A stretch of 64,000 nucleotides of DNA from Eledone cirrhosa (Eukaryota): positions 333,746,001 to 333,810,000 of the forward strand of contig OZ024741.1 of the NCBI GenBank assembly GCA_964016885.1, written 5' to 3'. The notes under the pieces were generated by a model, which made no database searches, had not been told where the DNA came from, and saw only the letters and a program-made list of their open reading frames with translations. Position 1 is the stretch's first letter. Every line of letters starts with the position of its first letter. Positions 28,891-42,660 of this stretch are shown here, one piece after another. The position numbers were made by a program, and so were the translations under genes.

Positions 28891-29360
28891 GTGTGTGTTT
28901 GTATTTTTTACAAACGTTTATCTGTAGGAGAAGAAAGTGTGTGTGTGCACATGTAAGAAAAAATCCCAGCAACTTCTTAGACTGGAAAATAGGAGAAATT
29001 TTGGTAATGTTAAGATCTGTTACCATAAGTAGTGGAGAATTTAATGTTTTGAGCTTTTGTCCTATATCAGAAAGAGATGGAGAAGGAAGGAGAGAAGAAG
29101 AAGAGGAGATAGAGAGTGTGATGAGAAAGATATAGGGCAAGCATTGATCCAGTATTGAACTGGTACTTTAGTTATCAACCTCGACAGGCTGAAAGGTGAA
29201 GTTGAGGTTGATAACTAAAGTACCAGTTCAATACTGGGTCAATGCTTGCCCTATATCTCTTTCTCATCACTCTCTCTCTCTCCTCTCCCTCTTCTCTTCT
29301 TTTCTTCTTCTCTCCTTCCTTCTCCATCTCTCTGGAGGTACATGGCTTAGTGGTTAGAGC

Positions 29361-29523
29361 CAAGGCCGTCTTAACAGCATTATAGGCCCCCAGCCAAAGC
29401 AGAGCACTGGGGCCCCTACCTACACAACCAGTCACAGGAATAAAAATACAAATGGGCCCACTATCCTCGTGCCCCCACCCCCCGGGCAACTGCCCAGCAT
29501 GCCCATGCGTTAAGACGGCCCTG
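29361..29523. mobile_element. hAT-type MITE inserted in a SINE tRNA head
   Basis: TIRs CA(A/G)GGCCGTCTTAAC / GTTAAGACGGCCCTG; 8-bp TSD GTTAGAGC. Confidence 0.88.
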
Positions 29524-32012
29524 GTTAGAGCATTGGCCTTGCAATTGAAAGGTTGTGAGTTCAATTCTCAGACCGGGTGATGTGTTGTTTCCTTGAGAAG
29601 ACACTTTCCTTGAGAAGACAGTTTACTCAGCTGTAGAAATGAGATGATAGGGACTGGGGTCCATATCATTCCACTGTAAAGTGGTCCTGGAGGTGCCACG
29701 GCAAAAAAGCACCCAGCCCACACTGTAAAGTGGACGTGTAGGCGCCACGGAAAAAAAGCACCCAGCCCACACTGTAAAGTGGTTGTGTAAGTGCCACGAC
29801 AAAAAAGAAGCACCCAGCACTCACTGTAAATGAGGTTGGTGTTAGGAAGGGCATCCAGCTGTAGAAATCAAGCCAGAATCAGTTCCCGTCCAACCCTTGC
29901 AAGCAGGGAAAAGCGGACGTAAAATGATGATGATGATGATGATATGTATATATGTGTGTGTATATATATGTATGTATATGTATATGTATATGTGTGTGTA
30001 TATTGGTATGTATATGTAATTTGAACTTAGAGAACCAGAACAAATATAACAAAGTTTTCTATTTGAAGTCCTAACAACTCTGCCATTTTCTCACTTATAC
30101 CTGATTCTTCTTCACCTTTTCACCTATCTATTCTAAGTATTACATTCATTATTACCATCTTAACTGTTATTTCTCATGCAGATGGTATCTTTTGAAATAT
30201 TTTAAAATATTTTGAAAATATTTAGTTTTGAATGTAATTTTCTATTCAGTAATTATCTTCTTCTTCACCCACTTATTCCTGAGAGGGTCGTTGGGTCTGA
30301 GTCCTCAAACACTCCTTCCAGTGGGTCCCATCAGAAGCCACTGTCTCCAACTGATCCCACTGGATCCCCCAAGTAAGACCAGTCAAGCTCACATATGTTA
30401 TCCAACCATATTGCTCAGAGTTTACCACTGGGTCTCCTGCCAGCTGGTTTTGCTCATTAAATTTTTCCAGTGATTCTTTCCTGAGACATTCTAATCACAT
30501 GCTCATAGTATCGGAGCTGTGATCCCTCAATGAGAAGTAGTGGCTCTACCTGGAGTGACTCTCTGGTCTTTGAGCTATCGAGTAATGTTACTCCAAAGAC
30601 TCTTCAGGTAAAGGTTGGCAGAGCTGTTCTTCCAGAGAATATTTTACAGGTGGTGGATAGCAAAACAGCCACCAGATATGATGGTTATATATAATTATCA
30701 TAATTTAATTTTCTGAGTTTGACTTTCCCAGTGGCCTACTTGAGTGGCAGACTTAACCCACTATCTGGTTTCAGAACATCATGCTTTACCAGAGTTCACT
30801 CTGTTGTGAGTAAGTATTTAGGCAATATCTCCTGTCTGAGGGTAGTTTCTACTCTCCCTCCCAACAGTGCCTAGCTAAATAAAAATTATCTTTTTTTTAG
30901 AAGACACAATGACAATACTGGACATGTTTCAATCTTATTCAACCTTCTCAGGGATGCCTAGTTGTACATGTGTCTATATCAGATCAATCAGTTTCCTGTG
31001 AAGAAAAGGCAGAGAAATTTATGATTTCAGGCTGAATCATTAATTAGAAAGGTCTGCTTAGAATGTTAGACTTCACTTCGTTATCACTGCAAAATAATTT
31101 ATTCCACTTTTTGTATATTTTGCACATATTAATTATTGAAACTAATAATTTATTAGTAATGTTTATTTCTATTCTAATTTTTTTTTTTGTCAAACATTTC
31201 AAATTCATTTAAAAAAAAACCCAAATTCCTCATTTGATTCCAGTTCATTTGGCAGTACATCAGCATGCCCTTAACTCTTCAGTCTCATAGTTTGCTTCCA
31301 GTTAAGTTATGCAGTGCCTAGTAGTTAGGTGTTGGACTGACAATCATATGGTTATGGGTTTGATTTCTCAGCCAGGTGGTGTATTGTGTTTTTCAGCAAG
31401 ACACTTTATTTCACATTTGCTTTCCATAATAGGACGGGGGAGTCCCTGTTATTACCCCCCCCCCCCCCAAGAAACCAAGCAGATGCAACCTTGTGGGAGG
31501 CCAGCTAAACCTATATAGGTGTGAGCTACAAACTTCATTTTCATTTATCAACTGGGGGTACCATATTTAAGGAGTATTTAGTCAATCATATCGACTTCAG
31601 TACCGCTTTTAAAGTGTGGAACTTATTTTATCGATCTCTATTTGTTTAATCACTACATTATAGGACATAAACAAATGGCACCAGTTGTTAAGCAGTGTGA
31701 ACATACAGACATGGACACACACCATTTCTTGGGCATTTTAAACCTGGCAGAGTCCATCCCCTCTCTAGGCTTGAATACAGCAAATTTCTTCCAGAGCAGT
31801 AGAGAGTAATAGAGAGGAGGTGAGAAAGAGATATAGAGGAAGAATCGACCCCAGCACTTGACAGGCAAAGTTGACCTTAGTATGTATTAATACACTAGCT
31901 ATTAGTCTATGACCATTTCTTCAACCTGAAATTCAGTATATGAGGGCCTTTCCAACAGCTTGAGGATTGCACTGATACAAGGAGGTTATTCAACAGGACT
32001 AGAGTACTTTTA

Positions 32013-32217
32013 ACTCTTTCATTACCATATTTCCAATGAAGCTCATTGCATATGGTTTTGAAATAATCTTTTATTATTAAGCTGGTGTTTAGAACATTAC
32101 AAATATTCTTATATAAAATTAGGATGGAAGGTTTTTAGATAAATATAGACACTTCAAAATATACAGCTTTCTATAATTGATCCAGTGGTGGGTTCACGTG
32201 GTTTGGTATCAAAAGGG
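32013..32217. mobile_element. Second TTAA-flanked MITE family
   Basis: TTAA|CTCTTTCATTACC ... GGTATCAAAAGGG|TTAA; related ends at ~26800-26823, 38020-38310 and 46497. Confidence 0.6.
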
Positions 32218-34100
32218 TTAAACTGATGTTGAATTATATTTTGGTGTAGGTTTTCTTCTAATTGGGTCTTTTTCATTCTTGTCATAAACAACTTCACAAG
32301 GATTACTTTGTGTAAGGGGAGGTTATCAAGTCAGACAGTCGCTACTTAGCAATTCCTGTGTGGGTGTGATAGGGCTTATTAAGACAACCAAAATAGAGAC
32401 AATATGTAGAAATATATTCATTGCTTGGATAAAAACATTTACTCAAGACACACACATATATACTGATACACACACACACACACACATATATATATACATA
32501 CATACACACACACAAAGACACAGACACACATGCACACACACACATACACAACACACAAATACATACACACAGACACATAAAAAAAAGGTTTTCATTCGAT
32601 TTACAGTTGTTTCCCTTGCTATTTGGTTTAGTTAATCATTGTTCAAACATCTTCACTCCTGATCAATCCATACTGATCAATCTATTCTGCCTCATACTTC
32701 TGTTTACTACTTACTTCAGTTATTTACATAATCATGAGATTGTGAGTTCGATTCCCATACTGGGTGGTGTGTTGTGTCATTGAGTAAGTCACTTTATTTC
32801 ATGTTGCTCCAGTTCACTCAGCTGTAGAAATGAGTCATGATGTCATTGGTGCCAAACTGTATTGGTCTTTGCTTTTCCCTTGGACAACATCGGTGGTGTG
32901 GCTAGGTTGCCTGGTATGTATGGGTGACTGCTGGTCTCCCACAAACTACCTTGCCTTGAATAGTGCCTTGGAGGGGAAACATTCAAGGTGCAAATCCCAT
33001 GATCAATCGTGGCCTTTTTTTATAGATGTATGTCTTTATAAAATATTATCATCATCATAACCATCGTTTGATGTCCATTTTTCCACGCTTGCATGGGTTA
33101 GATGGGTTGTCACATTAGGAGACATGTCAGATAACCATGTCTTGTTTATTATGGATCGATATGTTTAGCTTGGTTTCTACGGCTGGATTCCCTTCCTAGC
33201 ACCAACCACACATATGACAGGAGTGGACTGGGTGCTTTTTATCATGTCACCAGCTCGACCATCTTACAGGGTTAACTGGATGCTTTTACTTGTGTCATCA
33301 ACAAGACCACCTAACAGTGTGGACTAGATGCTTTTACTTGTGTCACCAGCTCGACCACCTAACAAGATGGACTGTATGCTGTTTTCTCATGTGACACATA
33401 TATGTATATATATGTATATATAATCAATGGAGAGCTCATCAATTTCAACTTCAGTTCTCCAATTTCTTCCATAAAGGGTACAAATGATACAAAGTAATGA
33501 TCCAACAATCCTTTACTAGATTATCAATACAGAATGAGTTAAAAACAAATAAATATTACAGAACACAAGTTGAAATAAATGTGCTCTCCATTAGGTCTAC
33601 ACCTTACAACTTGATCTATTCTGCATTCCATCATACATCAAGTATAACCCTAATTTGAAGTCTTCCCAGTCCTTCATAGTCATTGTGATGCAGCTTGGTG
33701 TGAAATACAAAATCAGTGGGCCATGTAAAACTGGCAGCTGCATCATATCATCATCAGAGTTCATTTGTAGCAATTGATCCAAAGTTTCTTGGAATCAGAA
33801 AGTATGTATATTTTTTCCTCAGCTTATCAAAATACCAAAGAAACCTCCAATGAGATTCAACTTCATAGGAGCCCATCTAAACCTGCATGGGTGTGAGTTG
33901 TAAATTTCATTTTTTAATTATCTTCTTCTTATCATCTCCACAAGAGTGTCAGTTAATAAGAGTGGATGTGGTTCTGCCACAGCTGATATATATATATATA
34001 TATCATCATCATTTTTATGTCTATTTTTCCATGCTTGCATGAGCTTATATCATTGTTTTAAGGTCTGTCTTCCCTGCTAGCAAGGATTGGGTATATATAT

Positions 34101-34163
<63 letters not shown>

Positions 34164-34784
34164 ATCATTAAAAAATATAATATATATATATATATACTTT
34201 GTTTTTGCATTTGTTTTACAAGAAGATTTTTGAGGTGAAACCCTGTGTTGAAACAAATATTGTTATACTTTGGGAGGTTCATGCTGACAATAAAAACACA
34301 CACCAGTTGAATTTCACTTCACTTTTATTATTTAGTCAATAATTCATTCCTCAGTTAGTTTAGTATCAAGATGGTTAATTAATTGGGAAACTCAACAGCG
34401 GCATGTGTTTTTATTGGTAACATGACCCTTCCAAAGTTTAACAATATATACATATATATTCTGCAGATAATTAGGGTATTTATTATGCAATAAAACAATG
34501 TCTTAACACTATTATATATATATATATATATTCATTGGACTTTCCCAAACATAAAAGCGTTTGCTTGTGACATATCAAGTCCTTCACATAATTGTGTTAA
34601 CATCTGATGATGTCACACCAATGCCGGTTGCTGTTGTAATGATCACATAACAGCTCTACACTGTGTCACTGATATACATATATTCCAATAAATAGGATTA
34701 TGTAACATTTGCTTAATGTTTATTTCATTATATATATATATATATATATTGCAACTAAATTTCATTACATTCATTCTATTTCAG

Positions 34785-34859
34785 ATGCAGAAGACTAAGA
34801 GAATAATCCCTGTTTTTCTGCAAGAACCTTCCTTGGCACTGATACACCAATTAAACACG
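34785..34859 (+). other. Candidate 75-nt upstream (5' UTR) exon
   Basis: Acceptor TTCATTCTATTTCAG|, unique sequence between repeats, donor ACG|GTAAAA. Confidence 0.35.
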
Positions 34860-34869
34860 GTAAAATTTC

Positions 34870-36178
34870 TTCTTCTTCTCCTTTTTGTTTGCCCACTTAT
34901 TCCTGAGATGGTTGTGAGGGAAGAGCCCTCAAACACTCCTTCCAGCAGATCCTGTCAGAAGCAACCATCTCCAACTGATCTGGCTGGATCCCCAAGTGAG
35001 ACCAGTCAAGCTTATGGATGTTATCCAACCATCTTACTCTGTATCTACTCCTGGGTCTCCTACTAGTTAGTTTTGCCCGTAAAATCTGTCCAGCGATTCT
35101 TTCCTGAGATATTCTAACCATATGCCCATAGTGTCAGAGCTGTGATCTCTCAAGTTGGAGACATAATAGCTCTACCTGGAGTGACTCTCTGATTCCCAAG
35201 CTATGCACTTCATCAAGTAATGTTATTCCAAAGACCCTTCAGAGGAACCCCATTTCAGCCACTTGCATTTGTGATCATATTCTTTTGGTCATTACCCAAG
35301 ATTCATAACCATAGTTAAGACTGAGCACAAATACCAAAGATAGCGAGCTTAGCTTTTACGCCTACCTCTGAAGCTGACACATTACTGCAGTTCTTGCACT
35401 TAATTCAGCTACCTGCCTTCCATCACTCGTGAACACGACCCCAAGATACTTGAACTTCTCCACCTGCTTCAGTGGAACTTGATTCACATGTAGAGTACAT
35501 TGTGCAGGCTTTCTTAACAAGATGAGTGTCTCAGTTTTCATAACACTGATTTTCATTCCAGTGATGTAGCACTCAGCATCAAACCTATCAAGTTCAAGTC
35601 AGAAATTACCTTCTGTCAAGTCAAGTAACATCATGTCATCTGCAAATTCCAGCTGACTGATTTGACAACAGCCAGTTGTGATAATACTTCCAACCCAGCT
35701 GTGCATGCCAATCCTGTACATGAAAATAATGAACAGGAGAGGTGACAATATGCACCCTTGATGGAGTCCAACTCCTGCATTGAATGAATGGTTTAGATTT
35801 AGCACCATATATCTGAACACAAATACTCAGGCATTCATATAGAGACATCAAGGCATCAAGGAGCTAAACATCAATCCCATACTCCTGCAGAACCTTCCAC
35901 AGCAGGTTCCATGAAATGTGATCATATGCCTTTTCAAGGTATACAATACTAGAATACACCCTTTGGCAATACTCCCATGATTTCTCAAAGACCTGCCACA
36001 TTGTGAATATTTGGTCAGCTGTATTGCGCCCAGGCTGAAAACCACACTGTTCATCAGCTAGCTTGCACTTGACAATCTCAATACATCTCTTTGCCAGGGA
36101 GGCTTAACAATGAAATCCCACTATAATTGGAACAATTTCTCCTATATCCCTTTTTGAAAATTGGGATTATCACTCTCA
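34870..36178 (-). mobile_element. Degenerate RTE-like LINE RT and 3' end; shorter 3'-end copies at 23650-24040, 25255-25530, 30257-30610, 45085-45290, 46110-46300 and 39675-39805 (+)
   Basis: GLHQGCILSPLLFIIFM, EFADDMMLL, VEKFKYLGVVFTSDG, RPRSRYRVRWLDNI; frameshifts and stops; (GAA)n-like tail. Confidence 0.88.
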
Positions 36179-38017
36179 ACTAAGTTGGATTTATAAAGTG
36201 TAAAGACTAGTCTAAGTTGGATTTATAAAGTGTAAAGACTGAAAAAAATTGTGCAGCCCAGCTCATGCGATTCGAAACCACACCTGCAATATACCAGGCG
36301 GTATACAAATTTTCTTCTGTCGCCAGGTTTAATATGCCCAACTTAGACAATTTTTCATAATCAAACAACATTAATGCTTCTAACTTTCAAATTCAAAAAC
36401 TATATTTGAATAGAAATTTATTTTGTGTTCTGGATACTTTTAAAACCCAAACCATCTAAAATTAGCTCTAGTCTGCGGATCTTGATACCAATCCACCAAA
36501 AATTCCTGCCAACCGAGTGGATTGGAGCAATATGAAGAGTGTCTTGCTCAAGGACACAATGTGCTGCCAAGAATTGAACTTACAACCTTACAATCACAGC
36601 CTAAACACCTTAACCACTAATTCATGTGTCTTTACCAAACCAAATAGATATAGATATGTCTGTCTCAGCATCATCATTAGTTGATTATATCGCCTGCCTC
36701 CTCCTCACACAGAAACAGTACTTTGCCTGACACACACTTTATCAATCTCATAAGAAATGAGAGGCAAATGTTTCTCAGTATAAAGGGGAATAACTCCGTC
36801 AGAACTAAACATGGCAATGTGCATTTTTATTTACAGTACTGATTTTGTTCATTTACTAACACACACACACACACATATATAGGTACATACATATACATAC
36901 ATACATATATTTGTATTCAGCAAGCCTTTTCAAGGATGTACACCCTTGAAAAAGCCTGCTGAATACAATCCCAAATCGCTTGGCGTCACGGTTGGGTGTT
37001 TACCTTCATCTATATATCTGTGTGTGCGAATAGTAAATTGTGGTGTACAAGTCAATATCAAGATTCTTAGCTTGATATTGAGTTCTACCTGTAACTATCA
37101 ACAAAACTGATCCTCCGCTCTAAACATGCCATATACTATACTGGGGTGGTTCCTATTGGTAGGTGTACTGGGGTTGTAATAACTGGTGAATATCATGTCA
37201 ATTTGTTATTTTATGTCTGATTTTCCATACTTGCATGGGTTAGTCATGGCTTCTCCAGCAGAACCTACCTCACCCCTCACTCTGCTCCTTCATTATCTCC
37301 TTTGTGAGTTTCAGTGTCTTGAGATCAGCTCTAACCACATGCAGTCAGGACTTGCTTGCTCTCCTTCAACAATAGCTTCCTTCCACCTGTATCTTTTGGC
37401 ACTTATTCACCCAACAACTATCAGCCATACATATAACATGAGCTCATTACTATATCTGATTCCTCTTTAACTCAGTTTTTCTCTCAACTATGCTTTGTCA
37501 TTACATATCTAAAGTGGCATGCTCACTTCATTTCTTTCCAGTCACTGCCTGTCCTCTGCATTCCATCATCATATCTCACTGTGATGCACCATTGCACTCT
37601 CATACAGGTAACCATACAGAATATCTACCTGGAAATATTTGTGGTAACTTGCAGAAAGTTACTTGCTATTAAGGTCTCTACTTTATCACTTTGTGATAAG
37701 GGCTTGCCTTATAAAGTCAACTCATAAATTTAGATAGTTTTCCAGGCATAAATAGTCAACTGGTACACCATTAATTTATATATATATATCAAATCAATAC
37801 TTTACTCATTAATAGAAGTTTCCAATATTAAGACATGGTATGGACTCTTACCACCTGATGGAGCCATAAGGGTACCATGTTTCATATGACATGTCTTGGA
37901 CATATAAACATGGTGCAGCTCATCCAGCTCCAGGTCCGAACACATCCTATTTCTTCTAGAGAGGGAGAGAGAGAGAAAATCAGGAAGTGATATAGAGGAA
38001 GGATCGACTCCCAATAT

Positions 38018-38320
38018 TTCACCCTTTCATTACCATATTTCTAATGAAAGACACTGCCTATGTTTAACCCTTTCATTAGGATATTTCTCAAGAAATAGTC
38101 TGCCTATATTTAACCCTTTCATTAGGATATTTCTAATGAAAGACACTGCCTATATTTAATCCTTTCATTAAGATATTCTAATGAAAGACACTGCCTATGC
38201 CATTAACATTTTCATTACCATATTTCTAATGAAAGACACTGATCATGATGATGATGATGATGATGATCAGTGTCATTCATTAGAAATATGGTAATGAAAA
38301 TGTTAATGGCAGTGTCTTTT
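38018..38320. repeat. Tandemly amplified MITE terminus (~45-bp units) ending in a fold-back around (GAT)n
   Basis: Repeated ACCCTTTCATTAGGATATTTCTAATGAAAGACACTGCC; 38198-38311 is an inverted repeat. Confidence 0.75.
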
Positions 38321-38716
38321 CAAATAATTTCGAAAATAATCAAAAATGTTAATATAACCTAATAAAGAATTATGATTGAAGGTTTTTGTATTATCTATGC
38401 AATCGTAAGGGTGCTGTAGTGACATACAGCATGCCTGCTATATTTTTAATCTGGCAGAGCCGATTCCTCTCCAGGTCTGAATACATCCAATTTCTTTCAG
38501 ACAGAGAGAAGGAGTGTGAGTGTGTGTATGTAAAGAAATTCAATTATAGGAAAAATCGACTCCAGTTTTGAACTGGTACTTTTTATCGATATGGAAAGGA
38601 TGAAAAGCAAATTTGAACTCAGTGGGTTTTACTCTAAGAACTCAGAGAGTCAGCTCAAATACTGCAAATCATTCTATCTGACATTCCAACGACTCTGCCA
38701 ATATTTCCCCTGGAAA

Positions 38717-38860
38717 TAACCCTTTTGGTATTACACCTTTCTAAACTGCCCTGTATTCTACGATACAAAGCTGGATATTTTTAAAATGCATTTTTAAAAT
38801 ATCCAGCTTTGTATCGTAGAATACAGGGCAGTTTAGAAAGGTGTAATACCAAAAGGGTTA
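38717..38860. repeat. Perfect ~70-bp-arm palindrome with TAACCCTTT/AAAGGGTTA termini
   Basis: Arms are exact reverse complements around AAAATGCATTTT. Confidence 0.9.
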
Positions 38861-40209
38861 AAATATAATCTTTCACCACAATTCTCTCATGAAATCTAAC
38901 CATACCAAACAATCTAGTGAGAGAGGAGTTACTTCCCTTGAATCGATAGTCTAGTCAATATTGGTTATTATTGCTGCTGCTAGGAGTGCACTTGTGCTGA
39001 CAGCAGATGGATGGAATGGAGACAGAGAGAAAAAGAGTGCGTTAGCGAGTGTGTATTAGTGTGTCTGTTTGTTGGCTAGTGCCAATGCGTGTGCACGTTA
39101 TTAGTGTGTGTGTGTGAGTGTGTTTATGCTTGTTGGTTAGTGTTAATATATGTGTACGTTAGCGTATGTGTGTGTCTATATTTGTTCGTCTGCGTTAATG
39201 TGTGTGCACGTGTGTATGTTTGTAGCCCCCCTACGGGATGATAAGATGAAGTATTAGTTAAGTCCTGTAGTTTTTGTGTGCGTGCGTGTGTTAGTGTGTG
39301 TATGTTTGTACGCTAGTGTGAATGTGTGTGCAAGTATATATGTTTGTATCACTACTACCGAGATCAACTTTTACCTTTCATCCTTACGTATTGATAAAAT
39401 AAAGAACCAGTTATATACTTAGGTTGATATAACTGACTTTCTTAATAAATTCCAGGCCTCGTGCCGAAATTAGAAGCCATTAGGCGTCAGACACAATGCT
39501 TTACAGCATAGAGTTATGACCCTCTACGTTCCGAGTTCAAATCTCGCTGAGGTTAACTTTGCCTTTCATCCGTACGGAGTCGATAAAATAAAGTACCAGT
39601 AATACACTGAGGTAATTGCTGGCCTTGTGCCAAAAGTAGAAGCCATTATTATTATTGTTGATAGTTTGCACAGCAGGCTGGTCTTGCTTGGGGATCTAGT
39701 CAGATCAGTAGGAGATGGTTGCTTCTGACAGGACCTCCTGAAAGGTGTGAGTGTGCTTGTGGACTCTTCCCCCATGACTCACGCTGGAATAAATGAGAGA
39801 AGAAGTTTGCACAACAAATGTTATGATTATTTTATCTTCTACTGTCTGATGAGTCTCATAAATGACATTAGAGAGGCAACACTTTTCTGAATATATATGT
39901 ACAGTACCTAACAGGGTAGTCTTTTATAGCAGAGCAACTTGTAATTTAAGGTTTATTTATTGCAGATACTCTCCTCTCAGTTTTAGTGGTATCAAACACA
40001 AACTTCCTTTGACAACTGAAATTATCTTGCTGCTGTAGAATGGTCTTGACCACACCACTACCATCATCCTTTTTAGATCTCTGAAGATTGTTCTGATAAT
40101 GTGGTTTCTACAAAGATCTATGGCTGTAATCCAATTCTCTGCAAGCATTGATAAGGGCTACTTTAATTAAATTTCATAATATTAGAGAGAAAAATGTAAC
40201 AACTGTGAT

Positions 40210-40423
40210 AATCCTTTAGCATTTACATTACTCTATATATACTATTATATTTTCACAGTAAAAGCTTTACCTCACATAATATTGAATCTATGAGATTTTG
40301 ATATTATCTATTTTGAGAAAAATACCTTAACATCGGTATGAGTGGCCGGTTACAGCCAGTTTGAACAGAAAGAGGTGAGCGAATTCTTGCTGGATACAGC
40401 CAGTTGAAATACTAAAGGGTTAA
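40210..40423. mobile_element. piggyBac-like MITE, inverted copy of 20041-20250
   Basis: CCTTTAGCATTTACATTACTCTATATATACTATTATATTTTC is the reverse complement of the end of the 20-kb copy; ends TAAAGGGTTAA. Confidence 0.7.
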
Positions 40424-41433
40424 AGTAAAGGTTGTTACTCTCAATAAAATGTACATATCCAATCCAGTCCAGGACCTTCTCACTCCTGTTGGAGGATCCC
40501 CTCTCTGGTTGACCTCCACCACTTTCTATTTGGTTTTGGTCATGTCAGTGATGTAACTTACTCACCACTCTTGGCCAGTTGGATGGTCATTGAAGCTGAG
40601 GAGTTTGTCTGCCCCTTTAACTGCTCTTGTTTTTTTGTGCTGCTGAGTTTTCACCTGCCCTCCTTACCAGACCAGAGTTTTGTGGAGAGCCAGTTTAGTT
40701 GCCAACCACTCGAGCATGAAGCAGGTTTCATGGTACCAGTAGCAGGCAGAAGCTTGGCCTGCCCAAACATATATATGTATACATGTGTATTTATATTGGC
40801 TGTCATATCTAGTTTAAAATAAGTAAATCATATCCCTGTATTCCATGAAAAGTGACTAAAAGGTTTGGTGTCATGAAGGGCATCCAACTGTTAAACATTG
40901 CCTCAAAAAGTCCGGTCCAACCCATACCAACAAGGAAAAGTCAATGTAAAAAAAGAAAGAGAGAAGACTGTACTGATATGTACATATGGTGTGTATGGAT
41001 GATGATTGTTAAGTAAAGAAGTGCCAAGAAATCCAACTGCTACAGTGGAGAACATCCAAGGAAGGTCTGGGCTGAAGTGGTGAGAGCTGATCTGAAATGT
41101 CTAACGCTCACAGAGATGATGATGATGAAATGGAATGAATGGGAGGATGCTGTGATGGAAATGACCCATTCAACCCATACAAATATGGCAAAGTGGACAT
41201 CAAATGATGATGATGATGATGATGATGATGATATAGACTTATCAGCAGGATCCATCAAATTGGGTTTTAGTGTCTGACACTCTCCATAAATCCTCATCTG
41301 CAAATGACAGCCATTGGTGGGACTTCTAATAATAACAACACTTTCTATTTAATTACTTTATATGTACTGGGTCGGATGATGTGCTTTTGTCTATCAGCAT
41401 CAATGTGTACACATATTCATGCATGCACGTATG

Positions 41434-41517
<84 letters not shown>

Positions 41518-41770
41518 CATGCATGCACACACACTAATGCATGCATACATGCACACACATATACACATATACATACATATACACATATATATACACATAT
41601 ATATATATATACACATATACATACATATATATATACACATATACATGCATATATACATACACATATACATGCATATATACATACACATATACATGCATAT
41701 ATACATACGCATATACATATATACATACACATATACATACATATGTATGTATATGTGCATATACATACAT

Positions 41771-41819
<49 letters not shown>

Positions 41820-41967
41820 CATACATATATAATATTATTTATACTTATATATACACTATATATAATTATAAAGAGGAAAGGTCAGTAATTCATTACCACC
41901 TTATTACCAGTAAGAAAAATAGCTCAATGTAAATACATCACATGTTTTCCAGAGCTGGAATATTATA

Positions 41968-42660
41968 TGGTTAATTATATATCTAAGCCGGTTAATTATA
42001 TATCTAAGCCGGTTAATTATATATCTAAGCCGGTTAATTATATATCTAAGCCGGTTAATTATATATCTAAGCCGGTTAATTATATATCTAAGCCGGTTAA
42101 TTATATATCTAAGCCGGTTAATTATATATCTAAGCCGGTTAATTATATATCTAAGCCGGTTAATTATATATCTAAGCCGGTTAATTATATATCTAAGCCG
42201 GTTAATTATATATCTAAGCCGGTTAATTATATATCTAAGCCGGTTAATTATATGTCTAAGCCGGTTAATTATATGTCTAAGCCGGTTAATTATATCTCTA
42301 AGCCGGTTAATTATATGTCTAAGCTGGTTAATTATATATCTAAGCCGGTTAATTATATATCTAAGCCGGTTAATTATATGTCTAAGCCGGTTAATTATAT
42401 GTCTAAGCCGGTTAATTATATATCTAAGCCGGTTAATTATATATCTAAGCCGGTTAATTATATATCTAAGCCGGTTAATTATATATCTAAGCCGGTTAAT
42501 TATATGTTTAAGCCGGTTAATTATATGTCTAAGCCGGTTAATTATATCTCTAAGCCGGTTAATTATATATCTAAGCCGGTTAATTATATGTCTAAGCCGG
42601 TTAATTATATGTCTAAGCCGGTTAATTATATATCTAAGCCGGTTAATTATATGTCTAAAC
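41968..42660. repeat. 21-bp minisatellite (CCGGTTAATTATATATCTAAG)n, ~33 copies
   Basis: Near-identical head-to-tail units; variants ATATCT/ATGTCT/ATCTCT; no spacers. Confidence 0.97.

Noticed and set aside
39845-39885. CTGATGAG hammerhead candidate
   Set aside because: No GAAA box or stem III follows the putative stem II.
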